A stretch of DNA of 64,000 nt, from NCBI GenBank assembly GCA_963799845.1, contig CAWCYI010000006.1:640001-704000 (forward strand), given 5' to 3'. This document shows, piece after piece, positions 1 to 10,419 of the stretch (positions within the stretch are counted from its first letter, which is position 1; each line of letters opens with the position of its first letter). Source of the DNA: an uncultured Nitrososphaerota archaeon. GTDB taxonomy: Archaea > Thermoproteota > Nitrososphaeria > Nitrososphaerales > CADDZS01. Both the position numbers and the translations under genes were made by a program. The notes beneath the pieces are model-generated. The model did not search any database. It was not told where the DNA came from and saw nothing but the letters and a program-made list of their open reading frames with translations.

Positions 1-861
<861 letters not shown>

Positions 862-873
862 GGCAAAACTAGT

Positions 874-905
874 GAGGGGAAACCTTTTCCCTCCTATTTT
901 TTTTA
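874..905. terminator. Hairpin plus T-tract between convergent cdc48 and PAC2 genes
   Basis: gaggggaaaaccttttccctc followed by a T9 run. Confidence 0.45.
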
Positions 906-961
906 CATCCCACTTTTTTAGGGCGCGGGAAATTCTTCGAAACTTACCGAAATGATTTTAT

Positions 962-1756
962 CTATCTGTAAATGTCGTCGCCCTTTGGCGACCTTTTGAT
1001 ATCGGATATTTCACCATCCTCGTCTACCTCCAGACCTTCGATCTCGGCTTTCTGGATCGCCTCCGCAAGCTCCTTGGACTGAACTTCCAGATCGGAAGAG
1101 TCTATCTCAAGGTCAATCATTTTTGAAAGGACCGTGATTAAGGCCGATAGGGTCTTTGGATGTGGCGTTGGTTCGCCGTGATCTACCGAGAGCTTGTAAG
1201 CTCTCATGCCATGAATCTTTGCAAGCGGAACGATCAGATTGGCAAAGTAATACGCGGATTCGCTCTTGAGTATCACAACCCCTGCTTCTTTCAGATTATT
1301 CACAGCCGTTTCGTCGGTTCCAAAACCGAGTACTCTTGGCGCTTCGAGAGGAGATAACACTGGTTGCGACCATCGTGCCCCAAATGAAATCAGTTCTTTG
1401 ACCCCGATACTCTTGGCGTAATCTAGCACGACCTCGCCGTACTCGTACTCGCTCTCCACAGGCGAAGAGTGTCCAGCAAAAAGAAGATAGTCCCTGATCT
1501 TTCCGGAGTGAAGATAGAAGTTGTTTGAGAGCATGCCGGCGATTCCGTTCCGGGAGATCCTGATCTCGGGAGACATCGCCGAGGAGTAGAGTGTGGCGAC
1601 CTGCTTAAAGTCGAGTTTCTTCAATAGGTATTTGCCGAGCTCCCGCGCTTGCGAGTAGAGGAGCCTGAACTGGGGATTTGAAGTGGAAACCGAAACTAGA
1701 AGGACGGGATTTCGCAAGTCCTTTAGTTCATGAGTGCTTTCAAGTTTATTCCACAA
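962..1756 (-). CDS. PAC2-family proteasome assembly chaperone-like protein
   Basis: Layout matches the family (L.NPVLLV..., VKELISFG, P.P...LI.VLSK...LEIDSSDLE) and it ends in an HbYX-like DIYR. Confidence 0.75.
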   Translation of the reverse strand: MWNKLESTHELKDLRNPVLLVSVSTSNPQFRLLYSQARELGKYLLKKLDFKQVATLYSSAMSPEIRISRNGIAGMLSNNFYLHSGKIRDYLLFAGHSSPVESEYEYGEVVLDYAKSIGVKELISFGARWSQPVLSPLEAPRVLGFGTDETAVNNLKEAGVVILKSESAYYFANLIVPLAKIHGMRAYKLSVDHGEPTPHPKTLSALITVLSKMIDLEIDSSDLEVQSKELAEAIQKAEIEGLEVDEDGEISDIKRSPKGDDIYR

Positions 1757-1914
1757 TTTGAACAGCTCTCAAGATCTTGCATCTATTTGATAAGCATCCT
1801 AAATGAGTTTTCTCAATGTATGATGCCTAGGTCTTGCTATCTTCAGGAATATCATATGAATATTCTTTTTATGCTCTGAATTCACTTTCTAGACGTAAAT
1901 CTCGGCGACTACCT

Positions 1915-2052
1915 ATGGAATCGGAGTATCACTGCCCTTGCTGTGGAGGATTGATGCATGAAGAGTCTCGCAGAGAGAAATCTGTGACTTTTCGCTGCTC
2001 GGTCTGTTCAGTCAGTGATGTTAAGCTAATATCTTCTGAATTGGGCTCCTAG
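1915..2052 (+). CDS. Small zinc-ribbon protein (45 aa)
   Basis: ATG 1915; CPCCGG...FRCSVC, two CxxC pairs. Confidence 0.6.
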   Translation: MESEYHCPCCGGLMHEESRREKSVTFRCSVCSVSDVKLISSELGS

Positions 2053-2183
2053 AGTCTAATTTCTTCGATTATTTTGCTTTGAAAACGTTCTCCTATTGAG
2101 AACGATCGTTCTAACGTGCCTTATATTGAATAAATAATGTAGTTTGAAATAAACCACCCAGTCCTCTTTACAATCGACTTGAT

Positions 2184-3491
2184 TTGAAGCTGGGATTTGT
2201 AAAGCGTCCATCTGCAAAATTGCTCTTAGTAGTCACTATCATAATTTTGATCGCGGGAGTCGCTGTCGGCCTTGCTGGGATGACTGCAACTCAAACTGGA
2301 AAGAATGCGAACGTTGGCGGGGCTGAGCCAGCCTTCAACGTTGTTAATGGTAGTGGGGCTGGTCAGGCCAACGAAGCTAATGGCGGTTACAATACTCCTG
2401 TGGGAAACGCCCCATTTACAACTGTTGTGCAAGAGGCAGGAACAACAGTGTCTGAAGTCACAGAGGTCGCATCATCTTCGTCTCAAAGTTTACCTTCCAC
2501 CACGCCGATCTCAAGCAGCAGTTCCAGTTCTGGTCAACAATCTCAGCAAAACGCCCCGCCCGCACAAAATTTGAACCGGAGCGGGTTCATCGAATTCTTC
2601 AGCAACGTGACTGTCCAGGTCTCATCTGCCCAGACGGCGCTGAATAAAGCGACCGCGTTAGCTTACACCTACGGAGGTTACCTGGCCTTTTCCTCTTACA
2701 CCAATGTAAGCTCAATTGCAGTCTTGAGAATTCCCGCGTCAAATTACGCTTCGGCCCTTTCGGGAATCGAAGGACTTGGGAATCTAACTGGATTGCAGTC
2801 AAACTCGAACGATGTGTCTATACAATACACGGACCTCAACGCGACACTTCAGTCCTTCCTCACGGAACAGACATCACTTCTCAAATTGGAGAATTCATCA
2901 AACTCTCTCAATGCAACGCTACTGCTCGAAGGACATATCCAAAATGTAGATACTCAGATCAATGAGATACAGAGCCAGATACTCCAGGCGCGTCTCCTAA
3001 TTGATTACTCCACGATAACTGGGAATTTCAATGTCTATGTTTCCACTCCGCCACCGAAACCTCTGTCGATGAAGCTTACCGCGACTCCTACTTCCGGGTT
3101 GAATCCACTGTCGGTCACTTTTAACGCAGTGGTCACGGGCGGAGTAATGCCCTATATTGTGAATTACAATTTTGCAGACGGATCTTCTTATCAGGGTCAG
3201 ACTCTGATTCACACTTTCACGCAATCCGGGACTTTTAACGTGACGGTGACGCTGACGGATGCTTCGGGCAGCGTGCTGGAGAATTACACAATAATTCGAG
3301 TCGCCAATCCCCCAGTCCAAAGTGGATTTACGAGTTTTACCAGCTATGCTCTGGGACTGCTAATCAGTGTCGTAGAAGGTATTATCGAGGTTGCCGTAGT
3401 TCTGCTTCCCGTAGCACTCGTCGTCGGTGCCGTAATACTTCCATTCAGGAACAGAATGAGAACCACCAAAAAGGAAGAGATCAAAGGATAG
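2184..3491 (+). CDS. Membrane-anchored DUF4349 + PKD-domain surface protein
   Basis: N-terminal TM, Ser-rich linker, LRIPA...DVSIQYTDL coiled-coil region, PKD-like YNFADGS...HTFTQSGTFNVTVT, C-terminal TM. Confidence 0.75.
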   Translation: MKLGFVKRPSAKLLLVVTIIILIAGVAVGLAGMTATQTGKNANVGGAEPAFNVVNGSGAGQANEANGGYNTPVGNAPFTTVVQEAGTTVSEVTEVASSSSQSLPSTTPISSSSSSSGQQSQQNAPPAQNLNRSGFIEFFSNVTVQVSSAQTALNKATALAYTYGGYLAFSSYTNVSSIAVLRIPASNYASALSGIEGLGNLTGLQSNSNDVSIQYTDLNATLQSFLTEQTSLLKLENSSNSLNATLLLEGHIQNVDTQINEIQSQILQARLLIDYSTITGNFNVYVSTPPPKPLSMKLTATPTSGLNPLSVTFNAVVTGGVMPYIVNYNFADGSSYQGQTLIHTFTQSGTFNVTVTLTDASGSVLENYTIIRVANPPVQSGFTSFTSYALGLLISVVEGIIEVAVVLLPVALVVGAVILPFRNRMRTTKKEEIKG

Positions 3492-3646
3492 GCATTTGCG
3501 GATTTCTTGGCGCCGCTTGTGAACTATATCGAACTCCGATTGTTCGCAACTTGACTCTGATTACGGTTCACTTTAAATTCCAGCAAATTCAAGTCTGATT
3601 TAATATCTACCTAAGGACAATCGATATTTCACGAGAAGGTATCTCT

Positions 3647-4616
3647 ATGCAAAAATGTCCAAAGTGTGGCAAGAAATTTGATTCTCTCACTGCTCTGAGC
3701 GACCACTTTAGAGCAGTTCATCCTAATCAGAGGTTTGTTGCACCCAAATCCAACACATCGAGAAATTTTGTCGTATATCTTGTCATCGTAATCATCGTAA
3801 TGGGAAGCTTGGTTGGCTTCCTTATTTACACACAACATACGACAAGTACAACTACGACCGAGACTAATGGCCCACTTTTGACGCCCATTTCATATGCCCT
3901 CTATCAGAATCTTACCACCGTGAGCGATGCGACGCTTTCCCAAATTGGGGTCCAGTCAGACGTCGCGGCTCCGACAGTTATTTCTCCCCCTAATCCTATC
4001 ACGTTCAATAACAAACCTGAGATACTGTACATCGGCGCAGAATTCTGTCCCCTCTGCGCGGCGAACAGATGGAGCATGATAGTCGCTCTTTCGAAGTTCG
4101 GAAATTTCTCGAACCTTCAGTACATGATATCTGCGGTGGATGACGGAAACTACTCGACACTTTCGTTCCGAAACGCTAGCTGACGTCAGTCAGTACATCA
4201 GTTTCGTCAGCGTCGAGAACGAGGACAGGGATCATAACATACTTCAGGTGCCGAATCAGACAGAACAAAATCTGTGGAACACTTACAATCCTAATGCCTA
4301 TCCCTTCATCGACATTGGCGGATCCTTTGTTGTAAAAAGCGAAATGTACAATTCTGCAGCTCTGAATGGGTTGAGCTGGATGCAAATCGGGTCTCAGCTA
4401 AATGATCCATCCAGCTCACTTGCCAAATTAATCGACGGGGCTGCCAATTCAATAATAAGCGCCGTCTGCAAGATGGACGGAGGAAATCCCTCCAGCGTGT
4501 GTAGTAAATCGTTTGCCAATCTTTCGTTCACTTTAGGGCAACCTCCTACTTCAGCAAGCTATCTCTCAATACCAACACAGGAATCGTTGCCGCTGCTTGG
4601 AAAACGTTCTTTCTAA
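3647..4616 (+). CDS. DUF929-family thioredoxin-fold membrane protein with N-terminal C2H2 finger; apparent +1 indel at 4182
   Basis: CPKC-x12-H-x4-H, a TM helix, [22 protein letters not shown]. Removing G4182 joins the two ORFs as [17 protein letters not shown]. Confidence 0.8.
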
Positions 4617-5013
4617 AACATTCATCGCAGTCGCAGTAGCTGGAGTCATCGACTCTGTTTACACCGCGTACGAGTACTCAAATGAGAGCTTTGGACGCTG
4701 TTACGTCAACAGCAAAGTGAACTGCCTCGGCGTTTTTCAGAGCGGCCACACTTCTCTGCTCGGAATTCCTTTCTACGTCATGGGACTCGTATGGTTTCCG
4801 TTGCTTCTGATCCTCAGTGTGATTATCACGAAGGGTGGAACACTTCCGCTGCGAGCTGAAATTTTGCTACCACTAGTATTGATCGGAGATATTTTCACAC
4901 TCTACCTTTGGTACCTGGAACTCGGTGTCATCGGAGTTATCTGTCCGCTTTGCGTTTCCCTTTATGTTCTGAACTACATCCTTACGGGATTGCTTATTGC
5001 CGAACTGCTCTGA
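4597..5013 (+). CDS. Vitamin K epoxide reductase (VKOR) family protein
   Basis: Loop cysteines C-x7-C, VFQS serine, LLGIP, active-site CPLC in the last TM. Confidence 0.9.
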   Translation: MENVLSKTFIAVAVAGVIDSVYTAYEYSNESFGRCYVNSKVNCLGVFQSGHTSLLGIPFYVMGLVWFPLLLILSVIITKGGTLPLRAEILLPLVLIGDIFTLYLWYLELGVIGVICPLCVSLYVLNYILTGLLIAELL

Positions 5014-5062
5014 GCAATGTTTATACGATAGCGATATCGAATAACCGATATCGGTAATCAAA

Positions 5063-5491
5063 ATGTTTGGATTTAGACCTTGGAAGGCAGGACGCAGGGG
5101 CTGGCTTCGGCCTTGGGTGCTCTCGATGCTAGCGAAATCTCCGAAGAATGGTGCAGAGATAATGGATGATATTGAGCAGATGAGCTGGGGCGGATGGCGA
5201 CCCTCGCCGGGTTCAATTTACCCTCTGTTGGATGACATGACAAAGGAAGGACTGATTCAAAAGAGAGATGACGGGAAGTACGAAATCACCGAAAAGGGAA
5301 AAGCGGAGTCAGAATGGCCTTTTGGAATGCCATTCGGAAATCATCCCCACGGTGTAGATCAGATGCTTTCTGAGATAAACGGCTATGTCTCATACTTTGA
5401 AGATCTTTCACGGTCAGACAAAACAAAACTCGCCAAGTATCAATCTTCAATTAGAGATATCTCTTCGCGACTTTCAAAACTGAGCGAGTAG
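5063..5491 (+). CDS. PadR-family transcriptional regulator
   Basis: WRPSPGSIYPLL...EGLI...YEITEKG. Confidence 0.92.
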   Translation: MFGFRPWKAGRRGWLRPWVLSMLAKSPKNGAEIMDDIEQMSWGGWRPSPGSIYPLLDDMTKEGLIQKRDDGKYEITEKGKAESEWPFGMPFGNHPHGVDQMLSEINGYVSYFEDLSRSDKTKLAKYQSSIRDISSRLSKLSE

Positions 5492-5501
5492 AGGATCGGA
5501 T

Positions 5502-5687
5502 ATGACGGCCCATCGCGCGCCAATCAAGGAAGGAGATACGGTGTACCTTGTTGAGAAGAAGGTCCGGGGGAAGGTGCTTGGAAGACTGAAGTACCTGGTC
5601 TTGCTTGAAATCGAAGGAACGCACCAGCTCATCAAGGAGCATCGTGGAGACCTGAAGCTGATACACCCGAAATTGAGCAAGTTCTGA
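5502..5687 (+). CDS. Small hypothetical protein (SH3/KOW-like beta barrel?)
   Basis: 61-aa ORF tightly spaced in the operon; IKEGDTVYL...RGKVLG. Confidence 0.5.
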   Translation: MTAHRAPIKEGDTVYLVEKKVRGKVLGRLKYLVLLEIEGTHQLIKEHRGDLKLIHPKLSKF

Positions 5688-5703
5688 GTGGGGATGGAAT
5701 GAA

Positions 5704-6075
5704 ATGAATTTTCTTTCGCCGTTCCGATGGTTCTGGCTTGCAATTGGAATAGTGTTCCTTGCTGTTCTCGTTACAATCGTTGCGTCCACCATTTACTTTG
5801 GTTTGGCTCTGGGTCGCGCGGTATTTTTCACGCCGCATGTCTTTCCTTTCTTCGGGTTCCCATTTTTCGGTCTGGGATTTATCATACTGGGCTTACTGGT
5901 CGTGGGTCTTGCGATGCGACTTGCCTTCCGCCCGTGGAGGAGAGGAACGTACTACTCGGGGCGATGGTTCAACTATGATCCAGCGATGGATTCACTGAGG
6001 CAGCGCTACGCGCGCGGCGAGATCACGCGCGAGCAATTCGATCAGATGGCCAGTGATTTGGAGAAGCACCGATAG
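5704..6075 (+). CDS. SHOCT-domain membrane protein
   Basis: Two TM helices plus LRQRYARGEITREQF. Confidence 0.88.
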   Translation: MNFLSPFRWFWLAIGIVFLAVLVTIVASTIYFGLALGRAVFFTPHVFPFFGFPFFGLGFIILGLLVVGLAMRLAFRPWRRGTYYSGRWFNYDPAMDSLRQRYARGEITREQFDQMASDLEKHR

Positions 6076-6142
6076 GTGTTTCTTTCAATGTGATAATTCT
6101 ACGGGATAAACTAAAATCTGCGCACCGTGAACGATTGGGTTT

Positions 6143-6382
6143 GTGCGAAACTCCCAAATCCTGTTTCTCGTGGCCATTCTAATCCTGGGCTGGTTCGGAG
6201 CGGAAGTCTACACCGCTCAGAATATGTGTGTAACTACTTGTATTGATCTCTCGGGCCTTACATCCTGGGAGCAGGCAATAGCGGTTGCATTTTTGCCGGT
6301 TATTCTAATCTACGGGGGCCTGAGGGTTAGAAAGACCGAGAAACAGGGTTCAACCGCAATTGCGCAGGGCGAACAGAGTTAG
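6143..6382 (+). CDS. Small 2-TM membrane protein
   Basis: Two hydrophobic helices with a CxxxC loop. Confidence 0.5.
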   Translation: MRNSQILFLVAILILGWFGAEVYTAQNMCVTTCIDLSGLTSWEQAIAVAFLPVILIYGGLRVRKTEKQGSTAIAQGEQS

Positions 6383-6587
6383 GCGTTGCCGAAATGGGGT
6401 AGTCGGTCCGCCATTCGACCTCAGTTTATGTAAAAGACGTGGAACGCAAAGCGACTCTCAACCTCATTCAGTCCCATTTTCATGATTGGCGAAAGGCACT
6501 AAGCTGATTTCTGTAAATGATCTGAGAATCTTCCGATCTGTTTTTAGTATTCAGACCGCTCAAGTATTCAAAGAGTGACGGCATATC

Positions 6588-8075
6588 TTGGAAATTGCTC
6601 GATATCAGATGTACATCGATGGTGAGTGGAGAAACTCTAGCAGTGAAGATTGGATCAAAGTCGTCGACCCTTCGACCGAAGAGGTGTTTGCCACAGTTCC
6701 AAAAGCAACGCGAGAGGAAGCAAGGGAGGCCATTGATGCGGCGAAAAGCGCTCAATCCAAATGGGAGGATCTCTCTCCACTTCAAAGAAGCGTTTACCTA
6801 TTCAAGATCGCAGAGTTCATCGAACAAGATCGCGAAAGGCTTGCGAGGATCTTGACCCAAGAGCAGGGAAAGCCGCTCTACGAATCACGGTCTGAAATAG
6901 ATGGCGCAGCTACCAATTTTCGTTACTACGCAGAATTCGCGAGAAGGATAGAGGGCGACATCCTCCCGAGTGACTATCCGAAGCAAACGATAATGATATT
7001 GAAGTTGCCTATCGGCGTGGTTGCTTCAATAACTCCTTGGAACTTCCCTTCTGCGACTGTCGCAAGGAAACTTGCTCCTGCACTGATAACCGGGAATACG
7101 GTCGTCACAAAGCCGTCGAGCAACACTCCTCTAAGTACGATCGAGATCGTGAAGCTGGCAGAGCGCGCTGGGCTGCCAAAAGGCGTGCTAAATGTCATCA
7201 CGGGTCCTGGATCAGAAGTCGGGGAAGAACTGGTCACTAACAATGATGTCGGACTGATTACTATGACTGGCAGTACCGAAGCGGGGAGAAAGATAATGCA
7301 AAGCGCTTCCGGTCATCTCGCCAAAGTACTTCTCGAGCTTGGAGGTAAAGCTCCGCTGATCGTATGGAGGGACGCCGACCTAGAATGGTCTCTACGGTGC
7401 GCGATCTGGGCGAGGTTTTGGAACAACGGCCAGACCTGTATTGCCGCGGAAAGGATGTACGTCGATTCTGCGATAAAGGAGAAATTCGTCCCGGCATTTG
7501 TCAACGCTGCTAGGAGCCTCAAGATTGGGGATCCGATCGATGCTGAGACTGATCTTGGCCCTATGGTCAGCAGCGAGGAAAGAGAGACCAGCGAGAGTTT
7601 CATTCGAAAAGCCGTTGAAGAGAACGACAAGATCATCATCGGCGGAATTCCGCCGTCAGACCGAAAAAAGGGCTATTTTCTGGAGCCGACGGTTATCGAA
7701 GTGAGCGATCAGCGATCTCAGTTGATTCAGGAAGAGATCTTCGGCCCGATTGTTCCGATAATGGAAGTAGATGATTTCGACAGGGCGATTGAACTTGCGA
7801 ATGATTCAATTTACGGATTGTCATCGTACGTATTTACGAAAGACTCGAACCGCATGATGAAGGCGATGTTCAAAATAAAATTCGGTGAATGCTACGTAAA
7901 CCAAGTCGGTCCGGAGCAATTCCAAGGAGCTCATACTGGATTCAGGCAAACAGGAATTGGGGCCGAAGGATCGAAGTACGGGCTCGAGTGCTATACCCAG
8001 CTGAAAACTTGCTACATCGATTGGGATGATAAGCCGAATCTCCCGTATCTATTTCCGTACGGTCCAAAACGGTAG
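6588..8075 (+). CDS. NAD(P)-dependent aldehyde dehydrogenase, resembling Thermoplasmatales D-glyceraldehyde dehydrogenase
   Basis: TPWNFP, KPSS, TGSTEAG, LELGGK, catalytic GQTC, EEIFGP; C-terminal GPE..QG.HTGFR.TG...EGSKYG. Confidence 0.92.
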   Translation: MEIARYQMYIDGEWRNSSSEDWIKVVDPSTEEVFATVPKATREEAREAIDAAKSAQSKWEDLSPLQRSVYLFKIAEFIEQDRERLARILTQEQGKPLYESRSEIDGAATNFRYYAEFARRIEGDILPSDYPKQTIMILKLPIGVVASITPWNFPSATVARKLAPALITGNTVVTKPSSNTPLSTIEIVKLAERAGLPKGVLNVITGPGSEVGEELVTNNDVGLITMTGSTEAGRKIMQSASGHLAKVLLELGGKAPLIVWRDADLEWSLRCAIWARFWNNGQTCIAAERMYVDSAIKEKFVPAFVNAARSLKIGDPIDAETDLGPMVSSEERETSESFIRKAVEENDKIIIGGIPPSDRKKGYFLEPTVIEVSDQRSQLIQEEIFGPIVPIMEVDDFDRAIELANDSIYGLSSYVFTKDSNRMMKAMFKIKFGECYVNQVGPEQFQGAHTGFRQTGIGAEGSKYGLECYTQLKTCYIDWDDKPNLPYLFPYGPKR

Positions 8076-8136
8076 GGTCAAAACACACGCTTTAATATCG
8101 TATTCAGTCTTCTGAACGATAAGAGATGTTTTAGAA

Positions 8137-8523
8137 ATGGTAGCCGAAAAAGTCATGCACTTTCAGGGGAAGAACAAAGACTTGTCCAGTCTGGCACAAC
8201 AAATTGAGCAGCAGCTCAAAACCGACGGTTACAAAACCCAGTCTGCGACGAAGCCCATTGGTATAGTTGTACAGGCGCAGAAAGCAGGAATTCTTCGCGA
8301 CATTATCACGGCAGATCGGGCATTCACTATCCTCGTCGCTGGTGACCCGAACGATTTTACGATTCACATCGGAATTGGAAAGTGGGTCCAAAATATTGCG
8401 GTAGCCGCAGCTGAATTTCTATTCTTGTCTGTTCTGTTTCTTGCCGTCGATGTCCCCGAAATGCTCTGGACTGTGCATGTCGAAAACGGAATTGCAAAAG
8501 AGATACAGCAAATTGTGGGCTAG
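8137..8523 (+). CDS. Hypothetical protein with a C-terminal hydrophobic segment
   Basis: 128-aa ORF, ATG start, TTTAATA ~40 nt upstream. Confidence 0.65.
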   Translation: MVAEKVMHFQGKNKDLSSLAQQIEQQLKTDGYKTQSATKPIGIVVQAQKAGILRDIITADRAFTILVAGDPNDFTIHIGIGKWVQNIAVAAAEFLFLSVLFLAVDVPEMLWTVHVENGIAKEIQQIVG

Positions 8524-8706
8524 AACATTATTCAAAGGGAGTAATCAAGCTTCGCTGAAGCAGGTCACCGTTTAGTTCTACTTCAAGGTAAGTGGGACCC
8601 GATTGAGGCTGGGTCCTTCCTACTTTTGCATTTGGAGGACGATTTCTCTTATCTCTGGCTCAACTTTTAGTAGAAACTAATAAGACTGACAACCCTCAGC
8701 CCGAGA

Positions 8707-9156
8707 TTGGTTCATTGTTCGATGTCGACTAATCTGGTCTCTAATCGCGAATCTACAGGTGGTCGGGAGGAGGAAGCAAGTGTTCGCCACCACAGGTTTT
8801 CTGACTTGGATGAGGAATGGATGAATGAAAAACTGTCGCGCAAACTCGTCGTAGGAAAGAACGAAATGCTCGGTTACGTTTTCTTGAAGAAAGGCTGTCT
8901 TGTACCTTCTCACAAACACGTGAGTGAGCAGATTACAATCATACTAAAAGGAGCATTGGAATTTACAACGCAAGGGAAGAAGATAGTTGTCAATGAAGGC
9001 GAGACTCTCTTGATACCTCCGAACGTGGAACATGCAGCTGTTGCACTTGAAGATACGATAGACTTGGATTGCTTCAGCCCTCTGAGGGAGGATTGGCTCA
9101 ATGGAACGGATCAATACCTTCGCTCAGGTGGTCCTGCTCCTAAGAGCGAAAAGTAA
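8707..9156 (+). CDS. Cupin-domain protein (true start probably downstream)
   Basis: HKHVSEQ...IPPNVEH...DCFSP.REDW. Confidence 0.88.
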   Translation: MVHCSMSTNLVSNRESTGGREEEASVRHHRFSDLDEEWMNEKLSRKLVVGKNEMLGYVFLKKGCLVPSHKHVSEQITIILKGALEFTTQGKKIVVNEGETLLIPPNVEHAAVALEDTIDLDCFSPLREDWLNGTDQYLRSGGPAPKSEK

Positions 9157-9225
9157 AACTTCCTGCTTGCAAATGTTGTTAATGAAAATGGGAAATATAG
9201 AAAGTCGAGAAAGGGAAAATTAAAT

Positions 9226-10419
9226 TTGCATACCTCCAAGAGAGCTTCCAAAATATCCGAAGAACCGTTCTTTATCGCGCTGAATCTGCCGCCAGGCGTA
9301 CTGCGACTTACAGGGGGAGAACCCGATTTCCCGTCAGCGCCATTCGTTCTCGAAGCCGCTTCGAGGGCAATGTTCGACGGCCAAACCCACTACACGCCTC
9401 CAGCTGGAATAATTCCGCTTCGTCTGGGCGTCGCCCGCAAACTGAAGGAGGAGAACAATCTCTCTTACGATGAGAATGAGATAGTCATGACGCCGGGAAG
9501 CTCTGGAGCAGTGGGGCTGGCGCTGCTGACGATGATCGATCCGGGAGAAGAAGTACTCCTGCCTGACCCGGCTTGGTTCCACTACGCAACGCTTGTCGAG
9601 CTTGCAGGTGGAATACCAAAGCGAGTAACTCTCAATGCAAAGGATGGCTTCACGATACACGGGTCGAAGATAGAGGAGGCGGCTTCGGAGAGATCAAAAG
9701 CGTTGATCCTGAATAGCCCATCCAACCCTATGGGCAGGGTTTTTTCACGAAACGAGTTGGAGGAAGTTGCAGGGGCTGCGGAACGTCTTTCGCTCACAGT
9801 TCTCTCGGATGAAATCTACGAGAAGATCGTGTATCCACCATACTCCCACGTGAGCATAGGATCCCTTTCCGGAATGCGTGAACGCACAATAGTCGTCAAT
9901 GGGTTTTCCAAAGGATATGCGCTCATGGGATGGAGGGTCGGCTATGCTGCAGCTCCAATCGAGATTGCGAGAAAGTTGGAATCTTTGCTCGGTTATACGC
10001 TCGTATGCGCCGGAAGCGTCTCGCAGTATGCGGCTCTTGAGGCAATACAAAATCCTAGGTCGAAGGAATACACGAAGAAGATGCTCGAAGCGTGGACCAG
10101 ACGAAGAGATATTGTCATGCGGTATGTGAATGAAAACTCCCCCGTTGTTTCAGCAATGCCGCCAGAGGGAACGTTCTATGCCTGGGTCGATGTATCAGGC
10201 TCGGGTTTGGATGGAAAGCAAGCCGCCCGTCTTGCCCTAGAAAAAGCCAAAGTCGGCGTTATGCCAGGAAACTTGTTTGGCGAGGTTGGTGGACGAAATC
10301 ATGTTAGAATCTCATTCGCGACTTCCGATGATGTTGTAGAAGAAGGAATGAAGAGGTTATGTAATGTGCTTGCGTCTGCAAATAGAGGGAATCGAATCAT
10401 AGAACCCCCAATCGCTTGA
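9226..10419 (+). CDS. PLP-dependent aminotransferase class I/II
   Basis: GEPDF, NSPSNPMG, SDEIY, GFSKGY..MGWRVG, VRISFA. Confidence 0.93.
   Translation: MHTSKRASKISEEPFFIALNLPPGVLRLTGGEPDFPSAPFVLEAASRAMFDGQTHYTPPAGIIPLRLGVARKLKEENNLSYDENEIVMTPGSSGAVGLALLTMIDPGEEVLLPDPAWFHYATLVELAGGIPKRVTLNAKDGFTIHGSKIEEAASERSKALILNSPSNPMGRVFSRNELEEVAGAAERLSLTVLSDEIYEKIVYPPYSHVSIGSLSGMRERTIVVNGFSKGYALMGWRVGYAAAPIEIARKLESLLGYTLVCAGSVSQYAALEAIQNPRSKEYTKKMLEAWTRRRDIVMRYVNENSPVVSAMPPEGTFYAWVDVSGSGLDGKQAARLALEKAKVGVMPGNLFGEVGGRNHVRISFATSDDVVEEGMKRLCNVLASANRGNRIIEPPIA

Noticed and set aside
6383-6587. Riboswitch upstream of the ALDH
   Set aside because: No recognisable aptamer core or convincing nested helices.
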